Virus record (IMG/VR): IMGVR_UViG_3300042892_003674 | Reading direction: 5' to 3' (one strand) | Source: a virus | Lineage: Duplodnaviria; Heunggongvirae; Uroviricota; Caudoviricetes | Length of the DNA stretch: 64,000 nucleotides | Shown here: positions 18,555-28,529 of the stretch, in pieces | How positions within the stretch are numbered: position 1 is the stretch's first letter | Layout of the letters: each line of letters opens with the position of its first letter | Notes under the pieces: model-generated | Told to the model about the DNA's origin: nothing | Database searches by the model: none | What the model saw: the letters and a program-made list of their open reading frames with translations, nothing else | Made by a program: the position numbers and the translations under genes

Positions 18555-20120
18555 TTATTTCTCATTCGCTTCAAGAACGATTTGTTTTACTTTACCGTTT
18601 GTACAAGCAATCGGACATTTAGTACCAACAGAGATAATAAGTGTTCTACCTTTGATACCTTTGAAGTTCAATTGGTCTGTGTAACCGTCTGTTAAAATTA
18701 CCGTGTTAAAGTCATTAAAATGTTCTCTAACGTAATCAATCGCAGGGTTCAAACAAGTACCACCTAAACCTTTAATAGGAATACTTTCAAGTTTTCTCTT
18801 ACTCTTAATGTTCTCAACCCAATTTACTTGTGTATCAGACTCCATCAAGTTGATTTCTATATCATTACGATATACATAAGATAAAACTCTTTCAAAGGTT
18901 CCTTGACCACCCATCGAACCTGATGTATCTAAGATAACATTGATTTTGGTTTTCACCTTTCTAGTACCTTTAAGACCAGCGATTTGTCGTCTGTTTGGTT
19001 TAACGATAGTTTTTTGTTTCACAGTACCGAAAATCAAGTTAGACACAGCTCTCTTAATTTCTTTAAGGTAATCTTTTCTTTTCTTTCTTAACTTGTTAAG
19101 AGTAGTCTCAACATTACCCGCAGATAAACCACGAGCAGCTAATCTTTCCATAACGTCTCTTACCATCGCTTCACGCATCTCTTCTGGAACGTCGTCTCCC
19201 ATGTGTTTATCTAAATACTCACCTGTACCGTTTTCGTAATCTTCAAAGATTTGCTCAGTTGACCAAGTATCGATCGCATCACCATCTTTACCAGGGTTTT
19301 TACCGTAAGGACCGTATGATGGTTTACCAGTAGAGTCTTTACCAGACTCACCACCATCTTTACCAGTTCCACCACAATCTGGACATGGTTCACCTTGGCC
19401 TTGACCATCACCTTGTCCTTCACCTTGACCGTCACCTTTTTGGTCTGATTGTCCATCACCTTGACCTTCGCCTTGCTCTTGACCATCTTTACCTTTTCCT
19501 TGACCTTCTGATTTATCTTGTGGTTGACCATCACCTTCACCAGGCTCTTGACCTTTACCTTTATCAGATTTATCTTGTGGTTTTTTACCACTACCACTAC
19601 AAGTAGAACATTCGCATTTAGATTTTTGTTCTTTATTCCACTCGTCTTTTTTCTCTTTCATCCACTCGTATAACTCTTCAAAGATAAGTTTACCTTCATA
19701 TTCTTTTGGAACAAAAAGAGCCATATTCTTACCATCTGGAGATTTAGGAATTTCAACGAAGTTATGTGAAATATCTTCCCATATAATATGATTGATAATC
19801 ATATCTTGTACAATGTTAGACAATTTGTGATCGTATTGACCAGTGATTGTTCTTTTTGGGTGGTTGAAAAGTAAGTGGAAATCCTCGTGAAGAGTAATAA
19901 AGTTTACTTCTTTTTGAGACATATCTGCTAGGAACTTTGGAGAATAGTAAAAGTTCATACCCTTTGTACCTACGTTTACACCACAAGTACCTATACTATC
20001 ATTCTCGTGAAAATTGATGTGTAGATTAAACTCTCCGTAGTATGGGAGGTTCACTTTTGTGTCGATAAGCATTGTTTGGATACTAGCTAATAGTTTCTCG
20101 TGAATGTTTTTTATTACCAT
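18555..20120 (-). CDS. DUF2201-type metallopeptidase-vWA protein (MoxR partner)
   Basis: HEDFH (HExxH), D..IN, G/Q-rich linker, MIDAS DTSGSM, GGT, TDG; promoter TATCTTTG at 20152-20159. Confidence 0.85.
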   Translation of the reverse strand: MVIKNIHEKLLASIQTMLIDTKVNLPYYGEFNLHINFHENDSIGTCGVNVGTKGMNFYYSPKFLADMSQKEVNFITLHEDFHLLFNHPKRTITGQYDHKLSNIVQDMIINHIIWEDISHNFVEIPKSPDGKNMALFVPKEYEGKLIFEELYEWMKEKKDEWNKEQKSKCECSTCSGSGKKPQDKSDKGKGQEPGEGDGQPQDKSEGQGKGKDGQEQGEGQGDGQSDQKGDGQGEGQGDGQGQGEPCPDCGGTGKDGGESGKDSTGKPSYGPYGKNPGKDGDAIDTWSTEQIFEDYENGTGEYLDKHMGDDVPEEMREAMVRDVMERLAARGLSAGNVETTLNKLRKKRKDYLKEIKRAVSNLIFGTVKQKTIVKPNRRQIAGLKGTRKVKTKINVILDTSGSMGGQGTFERVLSYVYRNDIEINLMESDTQVNWVENIKSKRKLESIPIKGLGGTCLNPAIDYVREHFNDFNTVILTDGYTDQLNFKGIKGRTLIISVGTKCPIACTNGKVKQIVLEANEK

Positions 20121-20199
20121 ATTTATTTTAATTAGTTTATTATTTATTCTACAAAGATATGTATAAAAAGTTTAATAAGAAAGAAAATAACAAATTATT

Positions 20200-20679
20200 T
20201 TATGGTTGATAGTTATCAGATTGATCTAAAAACTTAAATTGACTTACATCTAATTTAAAACCATCAAATCTATTTAGAAAATCAATAAACTCTTTAAGTG
20301 AATTGTTATCTAGTGCGAATATACTGTTAGACGGATCAGTTTTAGATCTAAATGAAGTATATTCAGTAACACCAACTTTACTTGGACTATCGACATAAAA
20401 TTCACAAGCCATAGCTTCACCCCAGGTTATATCTATATCTATTCTCATTTTTGGATCTTCCGAGAAATAAAAGTCAAATTCTAGTGTACTAGGAGCACCC
20501 CATTCATTCTTTGAATTTTCATATGTGACTTGTACCATATCAGAATTCTTCATTATGTTTCCAAGTTTGAATGTATGTTCTCCATCTTTTAATATAACCA
20601 TTTGTTGTGGAAGAATTGTTTTCCAATCTACATCATAGATGTTTGATTCAAATAGAATATATGATTTTAAGTATTTCAT
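20200..20679 (-). CDS. Hypothetical protein with MKYLKSYILFES motif
   Basis: Preceded by TTTTATATATA on the minus strand. Confidence 0.7.
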   Translation of the reverse strand: MKYLKSYILFESNIYDVDWKTILPQQMVILKDGEHTFKLGNIMKNSDMVQVTYENSKNEWGAPSTLEFDFYFSEDPKMRIDIDITWGEAMACEFYVDSPSKVGVTEYTSFRSKTDPSNSIFALDNNSLKEFIDFLNRFDGFKLDVSQFKFLDQSDNYQP

Positions 20680-20690
20680 ATACTATATAT

Positions 20691-20720
20691 AAAAATCACA
20701 CATCGAATGTGTGATTTTTT
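20691..20720 (-). terminator. Intrinsic terminator
   Basis: AAAAATCACACAT-CGA-ATGTGTGATTTTT. Confidence 0.75.
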
Positions 20721-21213
20721 ATAAAATACTATCTAACTTTCTACCTATTGTTTTATAGATTGTAAGATTTTGATGTGGTTCATTCTTTCCGATTGGTGGT
20801 TCTATTATGATACCACCCTCTTGTTCATAAAGTTTATAGTACTTGTTTACTTTTTTTTCGGTTACTCTTTTATTACCTCCCCAACCCCAAGATCCTTTTA
20901 TTACATAAATGGTTGCACATGGGAACGTTCTTTTTACTACTTTAAATAATTCTTTGATATTTCCGGTCTCTGCTCTAAAATTATTATTTGTTCCTATACA
21001 TAGTATAATATTTTTTATATCAGGTGATGTTTTGTAATTCAAAACCATTGAAGTTAGTTTATCAACTCCTATTCCACCTTTCCATAATGATCTCACTCTT
21101 TCTACCTTAGTTGAATTTTTATCAATGTAAGGTGTTTGTGAATCCCCTATTATGAGATTCTGAGAATGACATAATAGGGGAATAAAATATAATATGTATA
21201 ATAGTTTCTTCAC
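20719..21213 (-). CDS. Secreted SGNH/GDSL-like hydrolase
   Basis: Signal peptide, IIGDSQ, G, IGTNN, ..PH. Confidence 0.6.
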   Translation of the reverse strand: MKKLLYILYFIPLLCHSQNLIIGDSQTPYIDKNSTKVERVRSLWKGGIGVDKLTSMVLNYKTSPDIKNIILCIGTNNNFRAETGNIKELFKVVKRTFPCATIYVIKGSWGWGGNKRVTEKKVNKYYKLYEQEGGIIIEPPIGKNEPHQNLTIYKTIGRKLDSIL

Positions 21214-22946
21214 TATGATAGAACTGAAGTGATTTTATCGTCTCTTAAAACAGCAGTAACCGTACTTAAATCGTGATTTTTAATCTGATATAATTCAGTT
21301 CCTTCTGGGAAGTTTACAATAACTTCTGCATAATTATCGTCAAATTGATGTTGAATGTAATCATCTAAATCAAATTCATTTGAATATGTACCATCATCTA
21401 ATCTAGCTGAAATTCCAACTGTACCAACAAATCCAGGAATGATATAAGCATCAACAATGTCTGTGTAACCTTCATGATCTTCATCAGCTAACCAGGTCTT
21501 ATACTCATTGAGGGTTATTACCGAACCAAATCCGCTACAAGAGATATACTTTTTAGTGTCTTTTCCACCAACATAAAGATCAAATCCACTTTCATCATCA
21601 GTTACTTGAAAATCATTACCATCACCAAGGATAACAATCGTTTCTGGTTTGTCAAATGTTCTCAAAGTTTTTTGTTTAAACTCTGGGTTCTCTACTTTTT
21701 TAGTAAGTTCTCTAGTCGGATGAACTGTGTTAGGTTCAGTTTTTGATTCAATAAGAACAAACTCACCATCAGAACCTTCCGCACCACCAGTTTTCACTTC
21801 ATATGAATTAGAACCGGCAATCTTGTCAAATTCTGGTTCTTGTTCAAAACCTTTCTTCAACATTTTTGCAGTAAGTTGGTGCCAGTTTAATTTACCTCTG
21901 TATTCAAATTCACCTTCTGCAGTAACCGTAAGCTTACCAAATAAGTCAACCGATTGAACTAATTTATAAATTTCTTTAGTAGCTTCTTTATCTTCAAAGT
22001 TATCCTTCTTAGCGATAGAGATTTTGTAGAAACTTTCAGTTAAGTGTTTAATCAAAACATCTTTTTTAAGTTTCATTAGGTCAGAAATTCTACCTACTAA
22101 TTCAGTATCAGAGTCAGATAAACCAATTTCACTTTTTTGTTCATCAGAAACTAAGAAAACATATCCATTAGGAGTTGCGTTAGGAACTAATGTTTCTAAA
22201 CGAGTTTCTAAAATAGAAAGTGCTTCAGAAGATTTCTCTGCATTAGCTTCAGCATGTTTAGCTTCTGAATTATACCTTTTAATCTCTGTCTCAGTTTTTT
22301 CAATACGTTCTTTCAACTCATTGATTTTATCTTCATTCATTTTGTTGAATTGCTCTTCCATATAAGTAAGAGCGATTGGTTTTTCAACAACAACTTCCTC
22401 GATAACTTGTTCAACTACCGGTGTTTCGTCCTCAATGGTTTCTATAGTTTCACCTGATAATAACATATCAAGAAAACTCAAACCTTTTTCAGATAATTCA
22501 GTAGTTTCTTCTTTTTGTTTTTCTTCTTCAAAAAGGTTCATAAGTTTATCATAAGGTTTAACGTGTTCTACTTCAAGAAAACATTTATAACCATCTTGAT
22601 CTTCAAATTCTAAACCAGCAACAATAAATTTTTGAGCATACCCACTAACATCAGTTGAGTCAATTTCATTGATCAAACGTTGTTTCATTGCATTATCTGC
22701 TAAGTTAGTACCTTCAACTTCTTCAAAGTTGATAGTTCCTTCATCACAAATTGTTATTTTGAATTTAGCACGTTCTAACATACCAGATAGTTTTCTACCT
22801 TCGATAAAGGCAGTTTCTCTGATTAAACGTATTTTCTTACCAGAAATGGCAGAAACGAAACTTAAAAACTTTCGTTTAGGTTTGAAATCACCGATAACTG
22901 GTTCTTTAACGATTATCTCTTTTTCTTCAATATTATTCTCAATCAT
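21213..22946 (-). CDS. Large acidic/coiled-coil protein with C-terminal tag (LRDDKITSVL)
   Basis: 577 aa; TATATTTG promoter at 22972-22979. Confidence 0.7.
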   Translation of the reverse strand: MIENNIEEKEIIVKEPVIGDFKPKRKFLSFVSAISGKKIRLIRETAFIEGRKLSGMLERAKFKITICDEGTINFEEVEGTNLADNAMKQRLINEIDSTDVSGYAQKFIVAGLEFEDQDGYKCFLEVEHVKPYDKLMNLFEEEKQKEETTELSEKGLSFLDMLLSGETIETIEDETPVVEQVIEEVVVEKPIALTYMEEQFNKMNEDKINELKERIEKTETEIKRYNSEAKHAEANAEKSSEALSILETRLETLVPNATPNGYVFLVSDEQKSEIGLSDSDTELVGRISDLMKLKKDVLIKHLTESFYKISIAKKDNFEDKEATKEIYKLVQSVDLFGKLTVTAEGEFEYRGKLNWHQLTAKMLKKGFEQEPEFDKIAGSNSYEVKTGGAEGSDGEFVLIESKTEPNTVHPTRELTKKVENPEFKQKTLRTFDKPETIVILGDGNDFQVTDDESGFDLYVGGKDTKKYISCSGFGSVITLNEYKTWLADEDHEGYTDIVDAYIIPGFVGTVGISARLDDGTYSNEFDLDDYIQHQFDDNYAEVIVNFPEGTELYQIKNHDLSTVTAVLRDDKITSVLS

Positions 22947-23001
22947 AAGTTTTATAGTTTAATTTAGTTTACAAATATACAAATAATTTTTTAATAAAAA
23001 A

Positions 23002-23409
23002 CTATTCTACTTCTTTTTCGTCAATTAGATCAATTCTAATATCACGAACTTCATCTTTTGTAAACACTTCACTAACTTTATTATCTTGAGAATCGACAAT
23101 GTTTTCTGTTTCGATGTAAGTATCACCGGTTTCAGTAATTAAGCTTAATAAGGTCTCATTTTTAACTTCTTTATCATCTTGAACGTCAAATATTTCCATA
23201 ATTTGTTTTTCAAAAGGAATGAAGTTGTGTTTAACGACTAAGTTTTCGTCGTCATGTTTGTCTAAGCAAAGTGTAAGTAATAAATATAACTCTCTATCCG
23301 AAAGTTCATTCATTCTTTCTATTTGACTGTAAACATTGAAATGTTTGTAGATGTCCATAAATAAATCTGAAACAACCACCGTTTTTGTTTTTTCTCCCAT
23401 AATTCTCAT
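23002..23409 (-). CDS. Hypothetical protein, tag-like C-terminus (RDIRIDLI)
   Basis: 135 aa ORF. Confidence 0.65.
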   Translation of the reverse strand: MRIMGEKTKTVVVSDLFMDIYKHFNVYSQIERMNELSDRELYLLLTLCLDKHDDENLVVKHNFIPFEKQIMEIFDVQDDKEVKNETLLSLITETGDTYIETENIVDSQDNKVSEVFTKDEVRDIRIDLIDEKEVE

Positions 23410-23411
23410 TT

Positions 23412-23888
23412 TTAAATTCCTAATTTTTCTAATTGATAATCTCTATAATCTTGTTTAGAGACAGTTCCTAATTCATAGGCTCTTTGAAAAAATACCTCAA
23501 ATACACTTTCGTATATAGGTTCATTCTCAACTCTTTCTAACTGTCTAGCAACCATAGCTCTATTGATGGCTTTATGTTCATCAGTAATTCTAATAGCTTG
23601 TGTTCTGGCTAATCTAATAGCTTTTTCCTCGTCACCAGCACATTTAGTGAAGATGTCTCTTACTCTAGTATAATTCTTTGTATATTCTGCTTTTGTTTGA
23701 CCATTGTAGTCTCCGTTTTGGTTTTTAGGCATAAATTCTAGTGTTATTAGTTTACATTCGAGCATCACTTCAAATTGTTGTTTTGCTCTCATACCTTTAT
23801 ATTCTTTTAATAAGGAATATTTATTTGATTGTTGATACTTAATCCAAAAGTAATACAAATCCGTTAGATCTACAAATTTTTTATTCAT
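23412..23888 (-). CDS. Hypothetical protein, tag-like C-terminus (RDYQLEKLGI)
   Basis: 158 aa ORF. Confidence 0.65.
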   Translation of the reverse strand: MNKKFVDLTDLYYFWIKYQQSNKYSLLKEYKGMRAKQQFEVMLECKLITLEFMPKNQNGDYNGQTKAEYTKNYTRVRDIFTKCAGDEEKAIRLARTQAIRITDEHKAINRAMVARQLERVENEPIYESVFEVFFQRAYELGTVSKQDYRDYQLEKLGI

Positions 23889-24639
23889 TATTTATAACTT
23901 CATCAATTCTTGCTGTTCTACTCCAAGTTAGTTGGTCTTCTTTCATAAGGGTTGAATTACCATATCTAATAATAGTATCTGGTTTATCATTTAGTATCTC
24001 ACTAAGAATATATTCGATCGTGTATTTATTTCCTGTTTGTTGATACTCATATTTTAAAACAAGATAATCGATTGAACGATTTGTGACATCTGAAACAACT
24101 TCTGATATTTTAAATTTAGGTTCAATAATTAGAAAGATTAAGGCATCTTCAATAAACTTTACATAACCCATTATGTCACCTAAATTACCTTCAATCATAT
24201 AATCATACTTTGTATAGTCTTTTTTATATAAAGTATGGTACTCATTTTTAAAATCAATTGTAAGACTATCAAGGTTTATATCACGGTATGTACCAACAGT
24301 TTTGCCAAAACCATCATTTAGATAAACTTTAGTTTGTAAATTACTATGTTTGATTATATTGTAGATTTCATGAAACTTATCAACCATAGAGTTCTCTATT
24401 GAGAAAACTAAGTTATATCTTATATGTGGTTCTTTTACAACATTACCTGAATTATTTGTGTAAAGATTTCTACCCCAACTTTGTTGTGATACTTCCGGTC
24501 TTGTTATATCTGGAGAGTATTCAATTGCAGGAAATATTGTATTTGAATTATATTGTGCTTTGATAAAAATACCTAGTTGATGATCTATAAGTCGATCATT
24601 CCAAGACATTATTTCTCTATCACTTAGTGATGTTATCAT
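23881..24639 (-). CDS. Hypothetical protein, tag-like C-terminus (RTARIDEVI)
   Basis: 252 aa ORF. Confidence 0.65.
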   Translation of the reverse strand: MITSLSDREIMSWNDRLIDHQLGIFIKAQYNSNTIFPAIEYSPDITRPEVSQQSWGRNLYTNNSGNVVKEPHIRYNLVFSIENSMVDKFHEIYNIIKHSNLQTKVYLNDGFGKTVGTYRDINLDSLTIDFKNEYHTLYKKDYTKYDYMIEGNLGDIMGYVKFIEDALIFLIIEPKFKISEVVSDVTNRSIDYLVLKYEYQQTGNKYTIEYILSEILNDKPDTIIRYGNSTLMKEDQLTWSRTARIDEVINNE

Positions 24640-24690
24640 TTTAAATTAGTTTATTCTATTGTACAATAATAATTGTTAAAAGTTTAAATT

Positions 24691-24714
24691 AAAAAATCCT
24701 CAATAGAGGATTTT
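24691..24714 (-). terminator. Intrinsic terminator
   Basis: AAAATCCTC-AATA-GAGGATTTT. Confidence 0.65.
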
Positions 24715-24792
24715 AATGTAAATTAAATAGTCTTTTTATTTTCATCTTTCTATTATATTTTCTATTAATAGATGGGAAATGAGGTAGTGACA

Positions 24793-25368
24793 TTATAGAT
24801 GCTTACTACTCTTATCTAAGAAATCTTTTTCCTCCGGACTTAATGATTGAATACCATCCTTTAATATTTTATCTAAGATTAAATCCATATCAAACATTGG
24901 TTCCATATCTACATCTTCATCACCTTTAATGATTTTATATTGAACAATACTTCTATCTACCTCAGGAATTGAGTCAATTACTTTTTTGTCTTTATGATAC
25001 TCACCCTCAACCATCATTCTTACTTTTGTGAGTTCAGTAACAATGTTTTTAATGTCTTCTGGAATTAAACCTTTTTCTAAACGATTAGTCATTACGAAGT
25101 TACCAACTTTAATAGTAACATCTACTCTAACTTTTGACAACTCAATCTTCAAACGTTTTTTGTATTTTAATTTGAATAATTCTTCATTACTGATAATCTC
25201 AGAATCAGACTTTGATTTGGTTACAAAAAACCCATACGAATAGTAAACATCAATTTTAGAATCATCTAATTTTGTATTCAATATTTTTTTATGAATTATT
25301 TTAATCCATTTTTTTACTTGTGTGAATTCCTCACAAACTTTTTCAATTTTAGTGTCAATTATATACAT
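24793..25368 (-). CDS. Protein with C-terminal DUF6576-like helical domain
   Basis: MDLILDKILKDGIQSLSPEEKDFL. Confidence 0.6.
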   Translation of the reverse strand: MYIIDTKIEKVCEEFTQVKKWIKIIHKKILNTKLDDSKIDVYYSYGFFVTKSKSDSEIISNEELFKLKYKKRLKIELSKVRVDVTIKVGNFVMTNRLEKGLIPEDIKNIVTELTKVRMMVEGEYHKDKKVIDSIPEVDRSIVQYKIIKGDEDVDMEPMFDMDLILDKILKDGIQSLSPEEKDFLDKSSKHL

Positions 25369-25382
25369 AGTTTTTCTTTTTT

Positions 25383-26024
25383 TTATCTTCTACCACCAGT
25401 TGAACGTCCACCACCAGTTGAAGTTCTTGGTGAACTAGATGGTGTATTAGTTCTCGGAGACTCAGTTCTTGGTGTAGAGTAAGTTCTCGGAGTATTTGGA
25501 GTATTATTAGTTCTCGGAGACTCAGTTCTTGGTGTAGAGTAAGTTCTCGGAGTATTTGGAGTATTATTAGTTCTCGGAGACTCAGTTCTTGGTGTAGAGT
25601 AAGTTCTCGGAGTATTATAGTTATTATTTTGTCTTGGTTGTGTGATTACACCGCCTCTACGTCCAGGTGAGTAGTAATATTGGTTATTACCAAAATGGTA
25701 TGGTCTTGGAAAGCCATAATATGATTGATAATAGTTTGTATAGTAAAAATTATATGGATAATAATTGTAGTGATTATATCCAAAGTAATTATTATAGTAG
25801 TAGTTTGTATAGGGCCAGTGGTTAGTATAAATGTTATTTGGGTGTAGATAACTATTATACCAATAAGGGTTATTATTATAACTATAAACAATAGTTAGTG
25901 TTGGACTTACCGTAGGAGAGTTAGAAAAGTAGTTTGGTCTTTCTTCTTCTCTTACATAAGTAGAAGTAGTTGTACAAGAGATTGATAACATAGTTATCAA
26001 AAGTAAAATTAGAAATTTTTTCAT
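25383..26024 (-). CDS. Lipoprotein with Asn/Tyr-rich and Ser/Thr/Pro/Arg repeat regions
   Basis: Lipobox MKKFLILLLITMLSIS-C followed by low-complexity sequence. Confidence 0.75.
   Translation of the reverse strand: MKKFLILLLITMLSISCTTTSTYVREEERPNYFSNSPTVSPTLTIVYSYNNNPYWYNSYLHPNNIYTNHWPYTNYYYNNYFGYNHYNYYPYNFYYTNYYQSYYGFPRPYHFGNNQYYYSPGRRGGVITQPRQNNNYNTPRTYSTPRTESPRTNNTPNTPRTYSTPRTESPRTNNTPNTPRTYSTPRTESPRTNTPSSSPRTSTGGGRSTGGRR
25445..25616. repeat. Perfect 60-bp tandem repeat (~2.9 copies), coding
   Basis: Sequence lines 25441, 25501 and 25561 are near identical; encodes TPRTYSTPRTESPRTNNTPN. Confidence 0.95.
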
Positions 26025-26074
26025 ATGATTTTATATTTTTCTATTATATATTTTATTATTATTTATTCAAAAGT

Positions 26075-26542
26075 TTAAACTAATAAACATAATTGATAAT
26101 CTCTACCAATAGAGATTTCATTTTTCCAAGTATCTAGTCTCCTAACGAGATTAGTGTGTAAGTGATTGTATAATTCTCTGTTTATTCTTTCTGGTGAACC
26201 AACTAACTCCTCAAATAGTGTGATTAAGTCAGATGTCATCCACACTCCATCCATACTTCTAATAAAGAAATGTTTCTCATTGGCTCTAATAATAAAGTTG
26301 ATAATATCTTTCATTTCAATATAAATGTGATCATTGACATGCCATTTATCTCTCCATTGATTAACTTGTGGATCTAATATTGATTCTAAAGTTTTATCAT
26401 AAGAGATAGGTTTGGGTCTAAATCCAATATATTTATCCCACTTCTCTTTAATATAAGAAGGATCACAATCAATGAAGTCATTATGTGATTTGTGGAATGC
26501 GAAGCTGAACCTAATAAGGTTGTCGATTTGATTTTTGTTCAT
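26075..26542 (-). CDS. Hypothetical protein, tag-like C-terminus (RDYQLCLLV)
   Basis: Likely start MNKNQ at 26542; TATATTTG at 26549-26556. Confidence 0.65.
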   Translation of the reverse strand: MNKNQIDNLIRFSFAFHKSHNDFIDCDPSYIKEKWDKYIGFRPKPISYDKTLESILDPQVNQWRDKWHVNDHIYIEMKDIINFIIRANEKHFFIRSMDGVWMTSDLITLFEELVGSPERINRELYNHLHTNLVRRLDTWKNEISIGRDYQLCLLV

Positions 26543-26589
26543 AATAAACAAATATAGGAATAAAATATATAATAACAAAAAGTTTTATA

Positions 26590-27483
26590 ATGAAAATAAA
26601 GCATAAAGTAATAAAAGAGTTTCAATACCTTAGTCCTGATAAGAAAATATTTATTCTTAAACTAGGAACTATTCTTGAAGACTATATTTATAAAGTAAAA
26701 ACTGAACTTATACCAATTGATAAAGATATTATTGATAATAATCCGGACTTCTTTATTGTAATCGACTGGAAAGCAGAGTTACTTACTTATCTTAAAACTA
26801 ATAAGATACCTCAACCCGCAGTTTTAAGTAAGAAATTATTCCCATTTATTGAAGAATTTATACTTTCATCGGTTACTCAACAATCTGGTCCAGTATTAGA
26901 TGAATCTAAATTGAGAGAATTAGATGATAAAGAGTTTGACTTGAATAGAAGAGAAAAAAGAATTAAAGAAAAGGAAGATGATTTAGAATCTCGAATTGAT
27001 AAAATTGAAAAGAGAGAGAATGAGTATAAGACAGATGTTAGACTTTTGGATAAAAGAGAAGATGATATAAGACAAAGATCTACTGAACTAACTAATAAGG
27101 AATTAGATTTTCAAGAAAAACAACAAGAACTTAGTGAGAGAGAGCGTAATATTGAAAGTGAAATATTAGCAGCATCAAAAGATATGGATGGTAAATATTT
27201 AGAGCTTCAACAAAAAGTTGATGAAGATATTAAATCGGTAAATGAAAAGGAAAATAAGTTAGAGGTTGAACTGAGAGAGTTAAATCAATCAAAAGAAGAA
27301 TTTGAGGAATACAAATTAGAAGTTGAAAGATATAGTACTTACCTCAGTGATAAAGTATCTGAGCTTACTAATTGGAAAAATATGGTTGAGCCTAATATAA
27401 ATTATGCACATCTATCTAGTTTTGGAATCAATGTTCCTCCTTTCCCATTATTAGATTTTAAAGAAATAAAAAAGACATCATAA
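26590..27483 (+). CDS. Coiled-coil protein
   Basis: Long heptad-rich E/K region. Confidence 0.7.
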   Translation: MKIKHKVIKEFQYLSPDKKIFILKLGTILEDYIYKVKTELIPIDKDIIDNNPDFFIVIDWKAELLTYLKTNKIPQPAVLSKKLFPFIEEFILSSVTQQSGPVLDESKLRELDDKEFDLNRREKRIKEKEDDLESRIDKIEKRENEYKTDVRLLDKREDDIRQRSTELTNKELDFQEKQQELSERERNIESEILAASKDMDGKYLELQQKVDEDIKSVNEKENKLEVELRELNQSKEEFEEYKLEVERYSTYLSDKVSELTNWKNMVEPNINYAHLSSFGINVPPFPLLDFKEIKKTS

Positions 27484-27498
27484 GATGTCTTTTTTTTT
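27468..27498. terminator. Bidirectional terminator
   Basis: AAAAAGACATC-ATAA-GATGTCTTTTT. Confidence 0.75.
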
Positions 27499-27499
27499 A

Positions 27500-27880
27500 T
27501 TAGAATGGTACAGAGTTCTCTACCGAGAGTTTTTCTTTAAGCTTAACCAGATTAAAAATCTGTGTGTTATTATAATTATAAAATCTAAATCGAGTTCTGA
27601 CCATCCACTCTAAATTCTTAATTCGTTTATTACAGTGATGAATATACATAACATTATATCGTAACCTGCTTGCTTCAATAAGTGCATAATCTTTCCTAGC
27701 TAAAACAGTGGCTACATCAACACCCGGATAATCTCTTTTGATTATCACTTTGAATTTTTCGACTCTTTCCTTTAACTCATGTATAAGATCAACTATACAA
27801 AGTTCTTTCAGTTTGTCACCTATGTTTCTATCTACAAGATTTGCTACGTTATTATATTTTAAAGTATTCCCGGTCGTCAT
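27500..27880 (-). CDS. Hypothetical protein
   Basis: TACTTTTG promoter at 27897-27904. Confidence 0.6.
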   Translation of the reverse strand: MTTGNTLKYNNVANLVDRNIGDKLKELCIVDLIHELKERVEKFKVIIKRDYPGVDVATVLARKDYALIEASRLRYNVMYIHHCNKRIKNLEWMVRTRFRFYNYNNTQIFNLVKLKEKLSVENSVPF

Positions 27881-27916
27881 TTGATTTAATTTTCTACAAA
27901 AGTAAATATACTTTTT

Positions 27917-28162
27917 TTAATTTCCTAATATTTGATTTAATTTTTCTTCTCTTATTTCGTCTATTGTTTCAAAATAGTTAGTAAAGTTTTCCTCAGTGCC
28001 AATCCAATCACAAAAATCAAATTGGTAAATCTTTACTCCTTCTTCGTGTTGTCTTAATAAGACAACATAGTATTCACCTTCTTCAAATTGAAAGTATGGT
28101 TGTGTTAAGTTCCAATAGAAACTTTCCTTACATCTACATCTTTCTTTACTTATCTCCTTCAT
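27917..28162 (-). CDS. Small protein with C-terminal tag (REEKLNQIL)
   Basis: 81 aa ORF. Confidence 0.65.
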   Translation of the reverse strand: MKEISKERCRCKESFYWNLTQPYFQFEEGEYYVVLLRQHEEGVKIYQFDFCDWIGTEENFTNYFETIDEIREEKLNQILGN

Positions 28163-28529
28163 TTAATACATTTTCTATTTTTAAATTTCTTTTATATTGT
28201 AAAGTTACATCATCAAAAATAAATGAGTTTAAATCAATCATTTCTTTACTTAGAATAGTTTCCTGTTCTATATCAATTTTTTCATCATCACTTATGTAAA
28301 AATCTAAATAAGTATAAGTAGTTGTTGTTTGATGTGATTTAAAGAAACGAGTACAAATGATGTCACCTTTTTTTAAATCTAATGTATAGGTTAAATCATC
28401 CCAATCATTTATATTACGTAAGTCTCTTTCTCTAGCATTGTCCAATACAGATATAGTAAAGTCATTCAACATTTCATAATAATGAAATTGTTGATACTTC
28501 TCATGAATATATCTTGGTAAGTATTCCAT
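28146..28529 (-). CDS. Hypothetical protein with C-terminal tag (RNLKIENVL)
   Basis: 127 aa ORF. Confidence 0.65.
   Translation of the reverse strand: MEYLPRYIHEKYQQFHYYEMLNDFTISVLDNARERDLRNINDWDDLTYTLDLKKGDIICTRFFKSHQTTTTYTYLDFYISDDEKIDIEQETILSKEMIDLNSFIFDDVTLQYKRNLKIENVLNEGDK

Noticed and set aside
19211-19606. Overlapping ORFs 19211..19597 and 19385..19606
   Set aside because: Off-frame and antisense shadows of the G/Q repeat in the vWA gene.
25445-25616. CRISPR array
   Set aside because: The 60-bp units are contiguous and identical with no unique spacers, and they are in frame within a lipoprotein gene.
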